NCBI GenBank assembly: GCA_031367385.1
Contig: JANLPS010000384.1
Coordinates: forward strand, 1 to 17,993
Direction of reading: 5' to 3'
Source: Archangium sp.
GTDB lineage: Bacteria; Myxococcota; Myxococcia; Myxococcales; Myxococcaceae
DNA length: 17,993 nt
Shown here: positions 1-7,453 of the stretch, piece by piece
Layout: every line of letters starts with the position of its first letter
Position numbering within the stretch: position 1 is the stretch's first letter
Made by a program: the position numbers and the translations under genes
The notes under the pieces: generated by a model
What the model was told of the DNA's origin: nothing
The model's input: only the letters and a program-made list of their open reading frames with translations
Database searches by the model: none

Positions 1-1
1 C

Positions 2-493
2 GAGTGGACCTTGAAGATCGACGAGCCCCGGGTGGGCAGCAAAGTGGTGTTGGGTCACGCCCGCGCGATCGAGCAAATGGAGACCGAAGAGGTCGCGCCG
101 TTTCGCGACCGGGTCAAAGCGACGTGCAAGTGCTCAGCCCAAATCACCATGCGCTCCGACGGCCCCTCGGGAGTCGAATCGGGGGCCTCGCAGGCAGACC
201 CGGGTATGTTTCTGCACCGCGCTACGATGCTGGGGCACCGGGCGCTCAGCCGCTCCATGCTCAACCCGCTCAACGACGGCTTGGCTCAGACAGCGGCCGA
301 CCCGGTTGGAGCCAGAGTGCTGTCCGAGCAACTCAAAGAAATTGTCATTTACGCCATCGTCCAAGACGCGAAGCTGTCGTTCAGCGACGGGGTGCTCACG
401 GTGGGCAACTACATCTTGGGCGACGGGTACGGCTCGGCCTGGAGCGCCAAGCATTTCAAGACGGCGCTGCCGGGCAATACACAAGCTGACTGA
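2..493 (+). CDS. Hypothetical protein, probably 5'-truncated by the window edge
   Basis: The frame is open from base 2 (EWTLKIDEPR...) to TGA 491-493, with GC-rich third codon positions and globular composition (...LKEIVIYAIVQDAKLSFSDGVLTVG...). No family recognised. Confidence 0.65.
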   Translation, partial: EWTLKIDEPRVGSKVVLGHARAIEQMETEEVAPFRDRVKATCKCSAQITMRSDGPSGVESGASQADPGMFLHRATMLGHRALSRSMLNPLNDGLAQTAADPVGARVLSEQLKEIVIYAIVQDAKLSFSDGVLTVGNYILGDGYGSAWSAKHFKTALPGNTQAD

Positions 494-683
494 CCCGGGT
501 GCGCGGCCTACTCGATCTTCAAGAAAGGCGCCGAGCTTCGGGTTGTACTGGGCGGGGCAATCCATCTGCAGGGTGTGACCGCCGCGCAGCGCAGCACGCT
601 CACTTCTCCGCTCACCCTGACGTGATCAGCAGCACCACCATTGGCGCAAATCGAGTCATACGCCTACGGCAATAGCAGAGTCT

Positions 684-1094
684 TCAGCGCATCGTCGACC
701 GCATGAGCGGTATCAGACACTCGCTGAACGCCTGGCAATTCGCCGCGTCGAGGCACTTTTCCGTGCTGCTCATTGCGGTGGCGCGGGCGGCGGGCATTGA
801 GGCGCAGGTCTTGGCGATGGCGGCGTCGGTCGAGTCGCTCTTCCACTCCTCGAGGGCGGCCGAGATCATCGTGTCGCGCCCGTCTTTCTTGACCGAGGCG
901 GCGATGCCCGCCGGTTTGTCGAGGCTGACCCGCAGGTCAACCAACGCGGGAATAAAGGTGTCGGTGCACGCCCGCTGACGCTCGAACACCTTCACGCACG
1001 ACGCCTGCGCAGCCGGGCTGGGAGCCGACGAACCCGCGAGTGCCAACCCGGCGACACAAAGAACCACTGCGACGCTCCAAGCGATTTTCGACAT
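684..1094 (-). CDS. Secreted Cys-containing, probably helical, hypothetical protein (136 aa)
   Basis: Sec signal peptide MSKIAWSVAVVLCVAGLALA. Six Cys in the mature part, including C-terminal CLDAANCQAFSEC. AAGG lies 7 nt upstream of the ATG. Confidence 0.85.
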   Translation of the reverse strand: MSKIAWSVAVVLCVAGLALAGSSAPSPAAQASCVKVFERQRACTDTFIPALVDLRVSLDKPAGIAASVKKDGRDTMISAALEEWKSDSTDAAIAKTCASMPAARATAMSSTEKCLDAANCQAFSECLIPLMRSTMR

Positions 1095-1164
1095 GACGAG
1101 GCCTTTTTGCTGGCGAAGCCGCCAGCGGGTGGGGTGAGTACGGCAACAAAGAAGTGAACGAGCG

Positions 1165-1527
1165 TTACGCGGCGACGCGCGGCAATCGGCGAAGGCCCAT
1201 CGCCAACACGAACGAGGCCAGGGTCAGCAAGGTGAAGCCGAGAATGGGGTTGGCCAGCGACTCCCCGAGGCCCCGGAGCAGCACTTGCGGCAGGTCGGGG
1301 CCATGCGAGAGCTCGGCGTCATCGGCGACGAACACGCACACCATGGCCAGCGCCGCGACGAGGCCGTTGATCGACGCGAGCACCGTCGCCAGCCCCATCG
1401 CCAGCACGAAGCGAATGCGGTGCGCCTCTGGCCGTCGCGCAAAGGCAATCGCCGAGACCAACGTGGTCACCCCGAAGGCCAAGATGAACCACATCGGCAC
1501 TCCGCCGTTCTTCATGAATTGAATCAA
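1165..1527 (-). CDS. Small 3-TM membrane protein, MotA/TolQ/ExbB-like (120 aa)
   Basis: TTG start with AAGGAG SD (1540-1535) 7 nt upstream. N-terminal GGVPMW and later GLGESL resemble the GGxxMW and GIxEAL signatures of ExbB/TolQ. Three hydrophobic segments. Confidence 0.75.
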   Translation of the reverse strand: MIQFMKNGGVPMWFILAFGVTTLVSAIAFARRPEAHRIRFVLAMGLATVLASINGLVAALAMVCVFVADDAELSHGPDLPQVLLRGLGESLANPILGFTLLTLASFVLAMGLRRLPRVAA

Positions 1528-1563
1528 AGTGAGGCTCCTTGCCGCTGATTTTCAAAAAGGGGT

Positions 1564-1590
1564 AACGCGGCTGCGAATTCGGCGTGACAG
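1564..1590 (-). promoter_or_regulatory. Putative ECF-type promoter for the 1527/1094 genes
   Basis: Minus strand reads CTGTCACG-CCGAATTCGCA-GCCGCGTT, i.e. GTCAC-N16-CGTT. Its conserved boxes are identical to the plus-strand copy. Confidence 0.7.
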
Positions 1591-1591
1591 G

Positions 1592-1618
1592 CTGTCACGA
1601 CTTTTCACCCGCCGCGTT
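1592..1618 (+). promoter_or_regulatory. Putative autoregulated ECF-type promoter of ECF sigma factor 1
   Basis: CTGTCACG-ACTTTTCACCC-GCCGCGTT, i.e. GTCAC-N16-CGTT, ending 12 nt before ATG 1631. Confidence 0.7.
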
Positions 1619-1630
1619 CAAGAGACCTTG

Positions 1631-2209
1631 ATGGAGGACTCCGCCCAGCAGCAGCGCGAATGGCTCGACGGCCTGGCCCGGGGTGACGGCCAGGTCTTCG
1701 ACGCGGTGTATGCCCGGTACCGACCTGGGGTCTTCGCCTTTCTCGCGCGCATGACGGGGCGGCGCGAGGTCGCTGAAGATCTGCTCCAGGAGGTCTGGCT
1801 GCGACTCGCTCGCTCCGGAGCTTCGCTCACACCTGGCACCGACCTGGGCGCCTGGCTCTTCACCGTCGCGAGCAACGCCGCCCGCAGCCACCGCCGGTGG
1901 CAAGTGGTCGACTTCGAGCGGGTTCGCCAAGCGCTGTTCGTGCCGAAAGCCCAGCAGGTCTCGCCCTTCGAAGCGGTCAGCGCGACCCAGGCGCAGCGAA
2001 CCCTCGAGCGTGCGCTGAATGCGCTCACACCGACTGATCGAGAGCTGTTGTTGCTGGTGGGCGTCGAGGGGCTCTCGCCGGCGCAAGCGTCGACGGTGCT
2101 CGGAGTGACCCCCGAAACCCTTCGCCAGCGCCTCTCCCGCGCCAGGGCCCGGCTGCTCACGAAGGTCGATGACCCCGAATTGATTTCAGCCCTTGGAGGC
2201 CTCTCATGA
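1631..2209 (+). CDS. RNA polymerase ECF sigma-70 factor (ECF1, 192 aa)
   Basis: Region 2: VYARYRPGVFAFLARMTGRREVAEDLLQEVWLRL...WLFTVASNAARSHRR. Region 4: ALNALTPTDRELLLLVGVEGLSPAQASTVLGVTPETLRQRLSRARARL. Start moved from 1529 to ATG 1631 (TTG 1628 is an alternative). Confidence 0.95.
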   Translation: MEDSAQQQREWLDGLARGDGQVFDAVYARYRPGVFAFLARMTGRREVAEDLLQEVWLRLARSGASLTPGTDLGAWLFTVASNAARSHRRWQVVDFERVRQALFVPKAQQVSPFEAVSATQAQRTLERALNALTPTDRELLLLVGVEGLSPAQASTVLGVTPETLRQRLSRARARLLTKVDDPELISALGGLS

Positions 2210-2775
2210 ACCTGAATGATCCCGTCTTCGGCCAGCTCCGTGAGCTCGCTCCGCTCGACCTCAAGACCACCCAGGCCGAGGCGCTGCGGCGACGGGCCCG
2301 GGCGGTGATGGCCGAGACGCACAGCCGCTCGAGGCTCGCCAACATCTGGTATTCGCTGCTCGAACCGGTCGTGGTCGCGCTGGCCATCGTGGTCTACGCG
2401 GGGTGGGGCCTCTCGACGATCGCCTCGTTGTTTCGCACGGCTGAACCCGCTGCCGAGGTGGCGGTGGCGGTCGCCCGTTCTCCATTTTTGACCTGTGATT
2501 TCGACGCCTTGAAGGCCTTCGCGATCAAAATTGCGCAGGTGTCGGTCGCCGCGCGTCAGCAGGTCACGTATGGCCCTGTTGCCCATGTCTCGCGTCTGGC
2601 TCTTGCTCCTGCTGTGCGGCTGCTTCGACCTCGATTCGAGCAAGTACCACTTCACGCTCGACGCGGGCCCAAGCCACGAGCCCTCGTGCGCTCGCGCCTG
2701 CAACACACCGCCGACCGCGCGCTGCATCTCGGCTCAAACGCTCGAGGCCTTTCCCTCGGTCGGTCGATGTTCTGA
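2206..2775 (+). CDS. Putative single-TM anti-sigma factor; 3' end uncertain
   Basis: ATGA overlap with the sigma stop, and GGAGG SD. An N-terminal helical cytoplasmic segment is followed by a TM segment (LLEPVVVALAIVVYAGWGLSTIASLF). The last ~65 codons overlap the next gene out of frame and look non-functional. Confidence 0.6.
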   Translation: MNLNDPVFGQLRELAPLDLKTTQAEALRRRARAVMAETHSRSRLANIWYSLLEPVVVALAIVVYAGWGLSTIASLFRTAEPAAEVAVAVARSPFLTCDFDALKAFAIKIAQVSVAARQQVTYGPVAHVSRLALAPAVRLLRPRFEQVPLHARRGPKPRALVRSRLQHTADRALHLGSNARGLSLGRSMF

Positions 2776-5212
2776 AGCCAGCGGCTGCGCTTACACCCGA
2801 GTGCAGGTGCAATGCGGCACCGCCTGTGAGGCCGGCGCCTGCGTGAGCGAACCCTGCCTGGGCCTCTTCTGCGACCACCCGCCCGCCGCGGCCTGCGCCG
2901 ACGCCAGCCATCTCACGATTTTTGGCGCCTCAGGGGTCTGCACCAGCGGCAGCTGCTCGTACTTTGCGACCGCCGTCGACTGCCCCGGCGGCTGCGCGAA
3001 TGGCGTCTGCGCTGGCAACGCCTGCGCCGGAGTCTCCTGCAACGCCCCGCCGGCATCGACGTGCCTCGATGCGAACAGCCTGCGCTCGTATCAAGCGACT
3101 GGCAGCTGCGCCGATGGCCGCTGCAGCTACGCCAGCGCCGACTCGAGCTGCGCCGAAGGCTGCGCGAATGGCGCCTGCAAGAATGACCCGTGCACCGGTA
3201 CCGTCTGCAACCACCCGCCTGCCGCGCTCTGCGTCGACCTCGCCACGGTTCGAACGTTCGCCACCGCCGGTCAATGCACTGCCGATGGCGCCTGTGCGTA
3301 CGCCCCGAGCGTGAAGACCTGCGCGACTGGCACCGAGTGCCATTCAGGCGAGTGCACCGCAGTCTCGGCGGCGTGCACGCCCACCACGTGCCCGACCGGT
3401 TGCTGCGCGGGTGACCAATGCGTCACCTCGACCCAAACGAACCGGCTGTGCGGCACCGGTGCGCAAACCTGCGGCGCGTGCGGCAGCGGTTTCGAGTGTC
3501 GCTCGGGGGCCTGCCAGGCGACCGCCGTCATCGACGCGGGCACGCCCACCCGAACGTGGGACGCGGGCTGGCAATACGTCGCGCCAGACCCCCACCTCGG
3601 CGACCTCTGGAGCGTCTGGAGCAACTCCGCGACCGATGTCTGGGTCGTCAACGCTCAAGGCGAGGTGACGCACTTCGATGGGCGCGTCTGGTCACCGGTC
3701 GACATCGGCGCTCACATCGACTTCGGTTGGGTCTGGGCCTCGGGCCCGAGCGATGTCTGGGTGGGCGGCAACGCGGGCCGCGTTCAGCACTTCGATGGTA
3801 CCCGCTGGGCCAGCCGCGCCATCTCGACCACGGCCAATGCGAGTCGCTTTCTTGGCACGGGCCCCGCCGATGTCTGGTGCGAGCTCAGCGACCAAACCGT
3901 CTACCATTGGAATGGCTCCACCTGGACGCTCTCGCTCGCCTCGTCGGTACGGGTGTCTGGCATGAGCGCGAGCAGCTCCGACAACGTCTGGGCAGTCTCT
4001 GCCGGCGGTACGATTCGCCATTGGTCTGGCACGTCGTGGGCGGTGGTGCCCAGCGGTACGAGCGCTGACCTCTACTGCACCTACACGAGCGGCCCGAACG
4101 ATGCCTGGGCCTTTGGAGACAACGGCCTCGCGCTCCGATGGAATGGAAGCGTCTGGTTGCCCACGACGTCGCCCACGACTGAGCTGGTCTTCACCGCGAC
4201 CGGCAAAGGCCCGAACAATCTGTGGCTCATCAACGGCTTCAAGCGCAACCCCCTGCATTGGGACGGCACGTCGTGGTCAGAGGTCTCGGTGCCGAGCGAT
4301 GACCCCGACGCGCACTTCACCGACATGGTCACCTCGGGCGCGACCGACGCATGGGCCGTGGGGCACCACGGAGACGTCTGGCACTGGGACGGCACCGCGT
4401 GGTCGAACCCGCTGCATGCAGGCCCTTCGTTTCGCACTGTCTGGGGTGCGAGCCCGAACGACGTGTGGGCGATCGGGTTTCTGGGCCGCATCTCACACTG
4501 GGACGGCGCCCGCTGGTCGGAAAGCCCAAACCCGGCGACCCAAAACATTCGAGGGCTGTGGGGCAGCGCCGTCAATGACGTCTGGGCGGCAGGCCGAGGA
4601 GGGACCATCATTCACTGGGACGGCAGCACCTGGGCTTCTGTGACCAGCGGCACCACCGAGGTGCTCAACGCAATGACCGGTTTCTCGCGCACCGACGTGT
4701 GGGCGGTGGGAGCGAACGGGCTGGTGTTGCACTTCAACGGCACGTCATGGTCGGCCGTTGCCCAGAGTGCCACCGCAAAGAACCTGAACAGCGTGTGGGG
4801 CGCCAGCCCGAATGACCTCTGGGCCGTCGGTGACTCAGGCACCGCCATTCATTGGAATGGGAGCACCTGGGTCGCTGGCTCAAGTCAAACCACCACGACC
4901 TTGGTCAGCATTTGGGGGAGCTCGGGCTCAAACATCTGGGCCATCGGCTTCAGCGGAGACAAAACCCGGTGGAATGGAGCAACCTGGGTCTTGGCGCCAC
5001 CGTCGAACCCTGGCTCGTACCAGCTGGGCCTCTGGGGGAGCTCGGCCAATGATGTGTGGGCCGTCGGCACGGGCGGCGTCGAGCACTTCGACGGTTCGAA
5101 CTGGTCGACGGCGTGGGCCACTGCCGGCGCATCGCTTTGGGGCGTGTTCGGGTTCGGCACGAATGACGTCTGGGCCGTGGGTGATTCCGGGACCATTGCG
5201 CACGGGCCATGA
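2585..5212 (+). CDS. Large lipoprotein: Cys-rich repeats plus 14 Trp-rich beta-propeller-type repeats
   Basis: Signal peptide II MSRVWLLLLLCG-C (alternative ATG 2570). Four ~56-aa 8-Cys repeats, a further Cys-rich module, then repeats of consensus LxxVWGSSxNDVWAVGxxGxIxHWDGxxW. Confidence 0.9.
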   Translation: MSRVWLLLLLCGCFDLDSSKYHFTLDAGPSHEPSCARACNTPPTARCISAQTLEAFPSVGRCSEASGCAYTRVQVQCGTACEAGACVSEPCLGLFCDHPPAAACADASHLTIFGASGVCTSGSCSYFATAVDCPGGCANGVCAGNACAGVSCNAPPASTCLDANSLRSYQATGSCADGRCSYASADSSCAEGCANGACKNDPCTGTVCNHPPAALCVDLATVRTFATAGQCTADGACAYAPSVKTCATGTECHSGECTAVSAACTPTTCPTGCCAGDQCVTSTQTNRLCGTGAQTCGACGSGFECRSGACQATAVIDAGTPTRTWDAGWQYVAPDPHLGDLWSVWSNSATDVWVVNAQGEVTHFDGRVWSPVDIGAHIDFGWVWASGPSDVWVGGNAGRVQHFDGTRWASRAISTTANASRFLGTGPADVWCELSDQTVYHWNGSTWTLSLASSVRVSGMSASSSDNVWAVSAGGTIRHWSGTSWAVVPSGTSADLYCTYTSGPNDAWAFGDNGLALRWNGSVWLPTTSPTTELVFTATGKGPNNLWLINGFKRNPLHWDGTSWSEVSVPSDDPDAHFTDMVTSGATDAWAVGHHGDVWHWDGTAWSNPLHAGPSFRTVWGASPNDVWAIGFLGRISHWDGARWSESPNPATQNIRGLWGSAVNDVWAAGRGGTIIHWDGSTWASVTSGTTEVLNAMTGFSRTDVWAVGANGLVLHFNGTSWSAVAQSATAKNLNSVWGASPNDLWAVGDSGTAIHWNGSTWVAGSSQTTTTLVSIWGSSGSNIWAIGFSGDKTRWNGATWVLAPPSNPGSYQLGLWGSSANDVWAVGTGGVEHFDGSNWSTAWATAGASLWGVFGFGTNDVWAVGDSGTIAHGP
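2687..3357 (+). repeat. Four tandem ~56-aa Cys-rich protein repeats (~168 nt period)
   Basis: Consensus Cx3-4CxxPPxxxCx5[LV]xx[FY]xxxGxC..GxCxYx6CxxxCxxGxC. Units begin CARACNTPP, CLGLFCDHPP, CAGVSCNAPP and CTGTVCNHPP. Confidence 0.9.
3556..5209 (+). repeat. 14 tandem ~39-aa Trp-rich blade repeats
   Basis: Counted 14 D/N-[VALI]-W units, 13 of them followed by [HR][WF][DNS]GxxW. Confidence 0.9.
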
Positions 5213-5559
5213 GGCCGCTCCTCAACGCTTAGCCGAGGGTCGCCAACACAATCGCGCCATGCTGCGCCTTCGAACTCGCGTTGCACCAACCTCCGCAGCG
5301 CCTCGAGCGATTGTTCGACTGTGCCGGCCGGGCTCCACTGCGCCAGAGCCGACTCCAGATACGCCTCGAGCGTGCCGCGAAAGGTCGCCTGCTGCGCGCC
5401 TCCGCCCATGCCGCGAATGCACAGCACCAGGCCGAGCTCGGGCCGCAAGCAGAAGAAGCTTTGAGGCCACACCGCATCTTGCGACTGCGCGCCGTACGAC
5501 GCCCACCGGCGAGTCGGCTCGCGGCACCAGCCTCCAGCCACCACGAGACCCGAGTGCAT
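5213..5559 (-). pseudogene. Possible remnant of a PP2C/PPM-like phosphatase N-terminus
   Basis: SFFCLRPELGLVLCIRGMGG resembles the PPM segment '..PELGLFAVADGMGG' but lacks the metal-binding Asp. Codons are GC3-rich down to ~5265. The frame has no stop of its own until 4885, deep antisense in the lipoprotein gene. Confidence 0.4.
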
Positions 5560-5687
5560 CAACACCAACGATAACCCCGCAGCACCGGCCACCGCGGCTA
5601 ATTGTTTCGCGCTGTTGACCCACCCGCAACGGTCGCCGTGGGGTCAGCAAAGTGAGTTGGTGCCGTTCTCGTGGTTGACTGACTCCG

Positions 5688-6422
5688 GTGCTCGGTCGCG
5701 CCATCGTCTCAACAGCCATGGTGTTCTCGGCCGCTGCCTTTGCGCAGGCCCCGAACCCGTATCTCGTGCAGGCCAAGGCGCATTACTTGAACCTCGATTT
5801 CGAGCGCTGCCTCAAGCGGGTGTCGCAAGGCGCGCAGGTGCCTGGGCCCGACGCAGAGCGTGCCGAGGTGATGCTGTACAGCGGCCTGTGCAACATGGGC
5901 ATGGGCAACGTGCGCGCGGCCCGGCATGACTTTCAGGTGGCGTTGCGGTTGGCGCCGAGCCTCGAGCTGCCTCCGTTTCAGAGCCCGCGCGTGGTGACCG
6001 TCTTCGAAGCCGCCCGTGGGCAGAGCAAAGAGGTCAGCGATGCACCGGTCGCGGTGGCGTTGACGCCGGTGCCCGAGCCTGAGCCCGCGGTCGAGGTCGC
6101 GCCGAACGTGTACCGCGTCTCGGCGCCGCAAACCCACTTGGCCCCCTTGGTGCTCGCCGCCGGAGCCGTCATCGTCTTCGCCGCCTCCCTGGTGTTGGGC
6201 CTGGCCGCGCAATCGGCCGAAACCGCCGCGAACACCGCCCATTACGAGGTCACCGCGTTCGACTACGCCAACCAGGCGCGGGCCTTCGCGCTCGGCTCGA
6301 ACATCGGCTACGGCGTCGGCGGCGTGCTCGCGTTGAGCTCGCTGGTGACCTTTTTTCTGACCCGTTCTGCGCCGACGATGAGCCGCTCGACCCTGGCGCC
6401 GAGCAGCGAGGCACAACCGTGA
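5688..6422 (+). CDS. Exported TPR-containing membrane protein (244 aa)
   Basis: Signal peptide ending AFA-Q. TPR-like helices (YLVQAKAHYLNLDFERCL; LYSGLCNMGMGNVRAARHDFQVALRLAP, then SPRV). Pro-rich linker and two C-terminal Gly/Ala-rich hydrophobic helices. Alternative start ATG 5718. Confidence 0.8.
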   Translation: MLGRAIVSTAMVFSAAAFAQAPNPYLVQAKAHYLNLDFERCLKRVSQGAQVPGPDAERAEVMLYSGLCNMGMGNVRAARHDFQVALRLAPSLELPPFQSPRVVTVFEAARGQSKEVSDAPVAVALTPVPEPEPAVEVAPNVYRVSAPQTHLAPLVLAAGAVIVFAASLVLGLAAQSAETAANTAHYEVTAFDYANQARAFALGSNIGYGVGGVLALSSLVTFFLTRSAPTMSRSTLAPSSEAQP

Positions 6423-7453
6423 AGTGGGCGTGGGTGGCGTTGGCGTGCGCGTCGTGCGTGGTGAACCCCAACAGCTATGCCGGGCGCGCGTGCGATGAGA
6501 GCCACGAGTGTCTCGATGGCCGGCTCTGCCTCGATGGCCGCTGTACCAACGCCGCGCGCGATTCAGGCATCAAGCTCGACCCCTTCGACGCGGGCGCGCC
6601 TCAGGGAGGCACCGACGCCGGCACCTTCGCCACCGGAGTGACCTGCGCTTCTGACGCTCAGTGCGTGAGCGGGTTCTGCACCTCGGGCGTGTGCTGCGCC
6701 GAGCGCTGTGCGGGCGCCTGCGCGCAGTGCGACTCGCCCAAGGGCACCTGCCGTACCCGGGCCGTGGGCACGTTGGGCGCTCCGGCGTGTTCGGGCTCGC
6801 TTTTGTGCGACGGCATCATTGCGAGCTGCCCCAGCGGCTGTTTTCGCGGCGGCTGCGTGAACGGCATTCGCTGCGATACCGTGGCCTGCGTGCCGACCAC
6901 CGCGATGTTCGTCGACGAGTTCACCACCGGGCTCGACAGCAGCGCCTGGGCCACCATCACCACCGCCACCTCGAAGATCTTCGTCGATGGCGGGGTGCTG
7001 ATCATTCACACCGCGGGCGGCAACGACGGTGCCTCGCTGGTCAGCTTGCGACGCTACGACTTCGAGGGCTCGTCAATCGAGGTCGAGGTGCTCAAGCCCG
7101 GGCCCAGAGTGCCCACCAAGATCACCAAGCTGCTGCTCTCAATCGATGATCAGCACCAGCTCAGCATGCTCTTCGAGAACGGCCAGGTCGGCGCGTATTC
7201 GCAGGCCAACGGCAACGCCACCTGGGCTTCGATGGTCGCCGATGACGGTGGGTTCTCGCGCCTGCGCATGAGCGAAGACGGAGGCGTGGTGCGGTTCGAA
7301 GCAGGGCACGGTGGCCAGTGGCGTTTGCTGGGCACGCAGACCGACCCGCTGGGCGTGCCGCTGCGAGACATGCGAGTCGCACTCGAGAGCTTCGCCTACT
7401 CCGTGGTCGATGCCGGCGGAGACGCGGTGTTCGACAACCTCAACGGCCGCTAG
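6419..7453 (+). CDS. Cys-rich lipoprotein with C-terminal beta-sandwich (ConA/lectin-like) domain (344 aa)
   Basis: GTGA overlap with the upstream stop. Lipobox-like ALACAS-C. Cys modules CDESHECLDGRLCLDGRC and CASDAQCVSGFCTSGVCC. A beta-rich C-terminal domain starts DEFTTGLDSSAW and ends AVFDNLN. The fold assignment is inference. Confidence 0.8.
   Translation: MKWAWVALACASCVVNPNSYAGRACDESHECLDGRLCLDGRCTNAARDSGIKLDPFDAGAPQGGTDAGTFATGVTCASDAQCVSGFCTSGVCCAERCAGACAQCDSPKGTCRTRAVGTLGAPACSGSLLCDGIIASCPSGCFRGGCVNGIRCDTVACVPTTAMFVDEFTTGLDSSAWATITTATSKIFVDGGVLIIHTAGGNDGASLVSLRRYDFEGSSIEVEVLKPGPRVPTKITKLLLSIDDQHQLSMLFENGQVGAYSQANGNATWASMVADDGGFSRLRMSEDGGVVRFEAGHGGQWRLLGTQTDPLGVPLRDMRVALESFAYSVVDAGGDAVFDNLNGR

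Noticed and set aside
1562..1586. Plus-strand GTAAC-N16-CGTG as an extra tandem ECF promoter
   Set aside because: It is essentially the reverse complement of the minus-strand promoter, so there is no independent evidence for it.
1529..1630. N-terminal extension of ECF1 in the ORF track
   Set aside because: It spans the divergent promoter region and the SD of the opposite gene. Sigma similarity starts after ATG 1631.
3556..5209. Periodic DNA similarity as a CRISPR array or DNA tandem repeat
   Set aside because: The repeats are degenerate and codon-phased, explained by protein blade repeats. There are no identical repeats with unique spacers, and no cas genes.
2428..5610. TTGTTTCGC at 2428-2436 and 5602-5610 as a target-site duplication
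   Set aside because: The match is only 9 bp, does not coincide with the inferred right junction, and no mobility genes are present.
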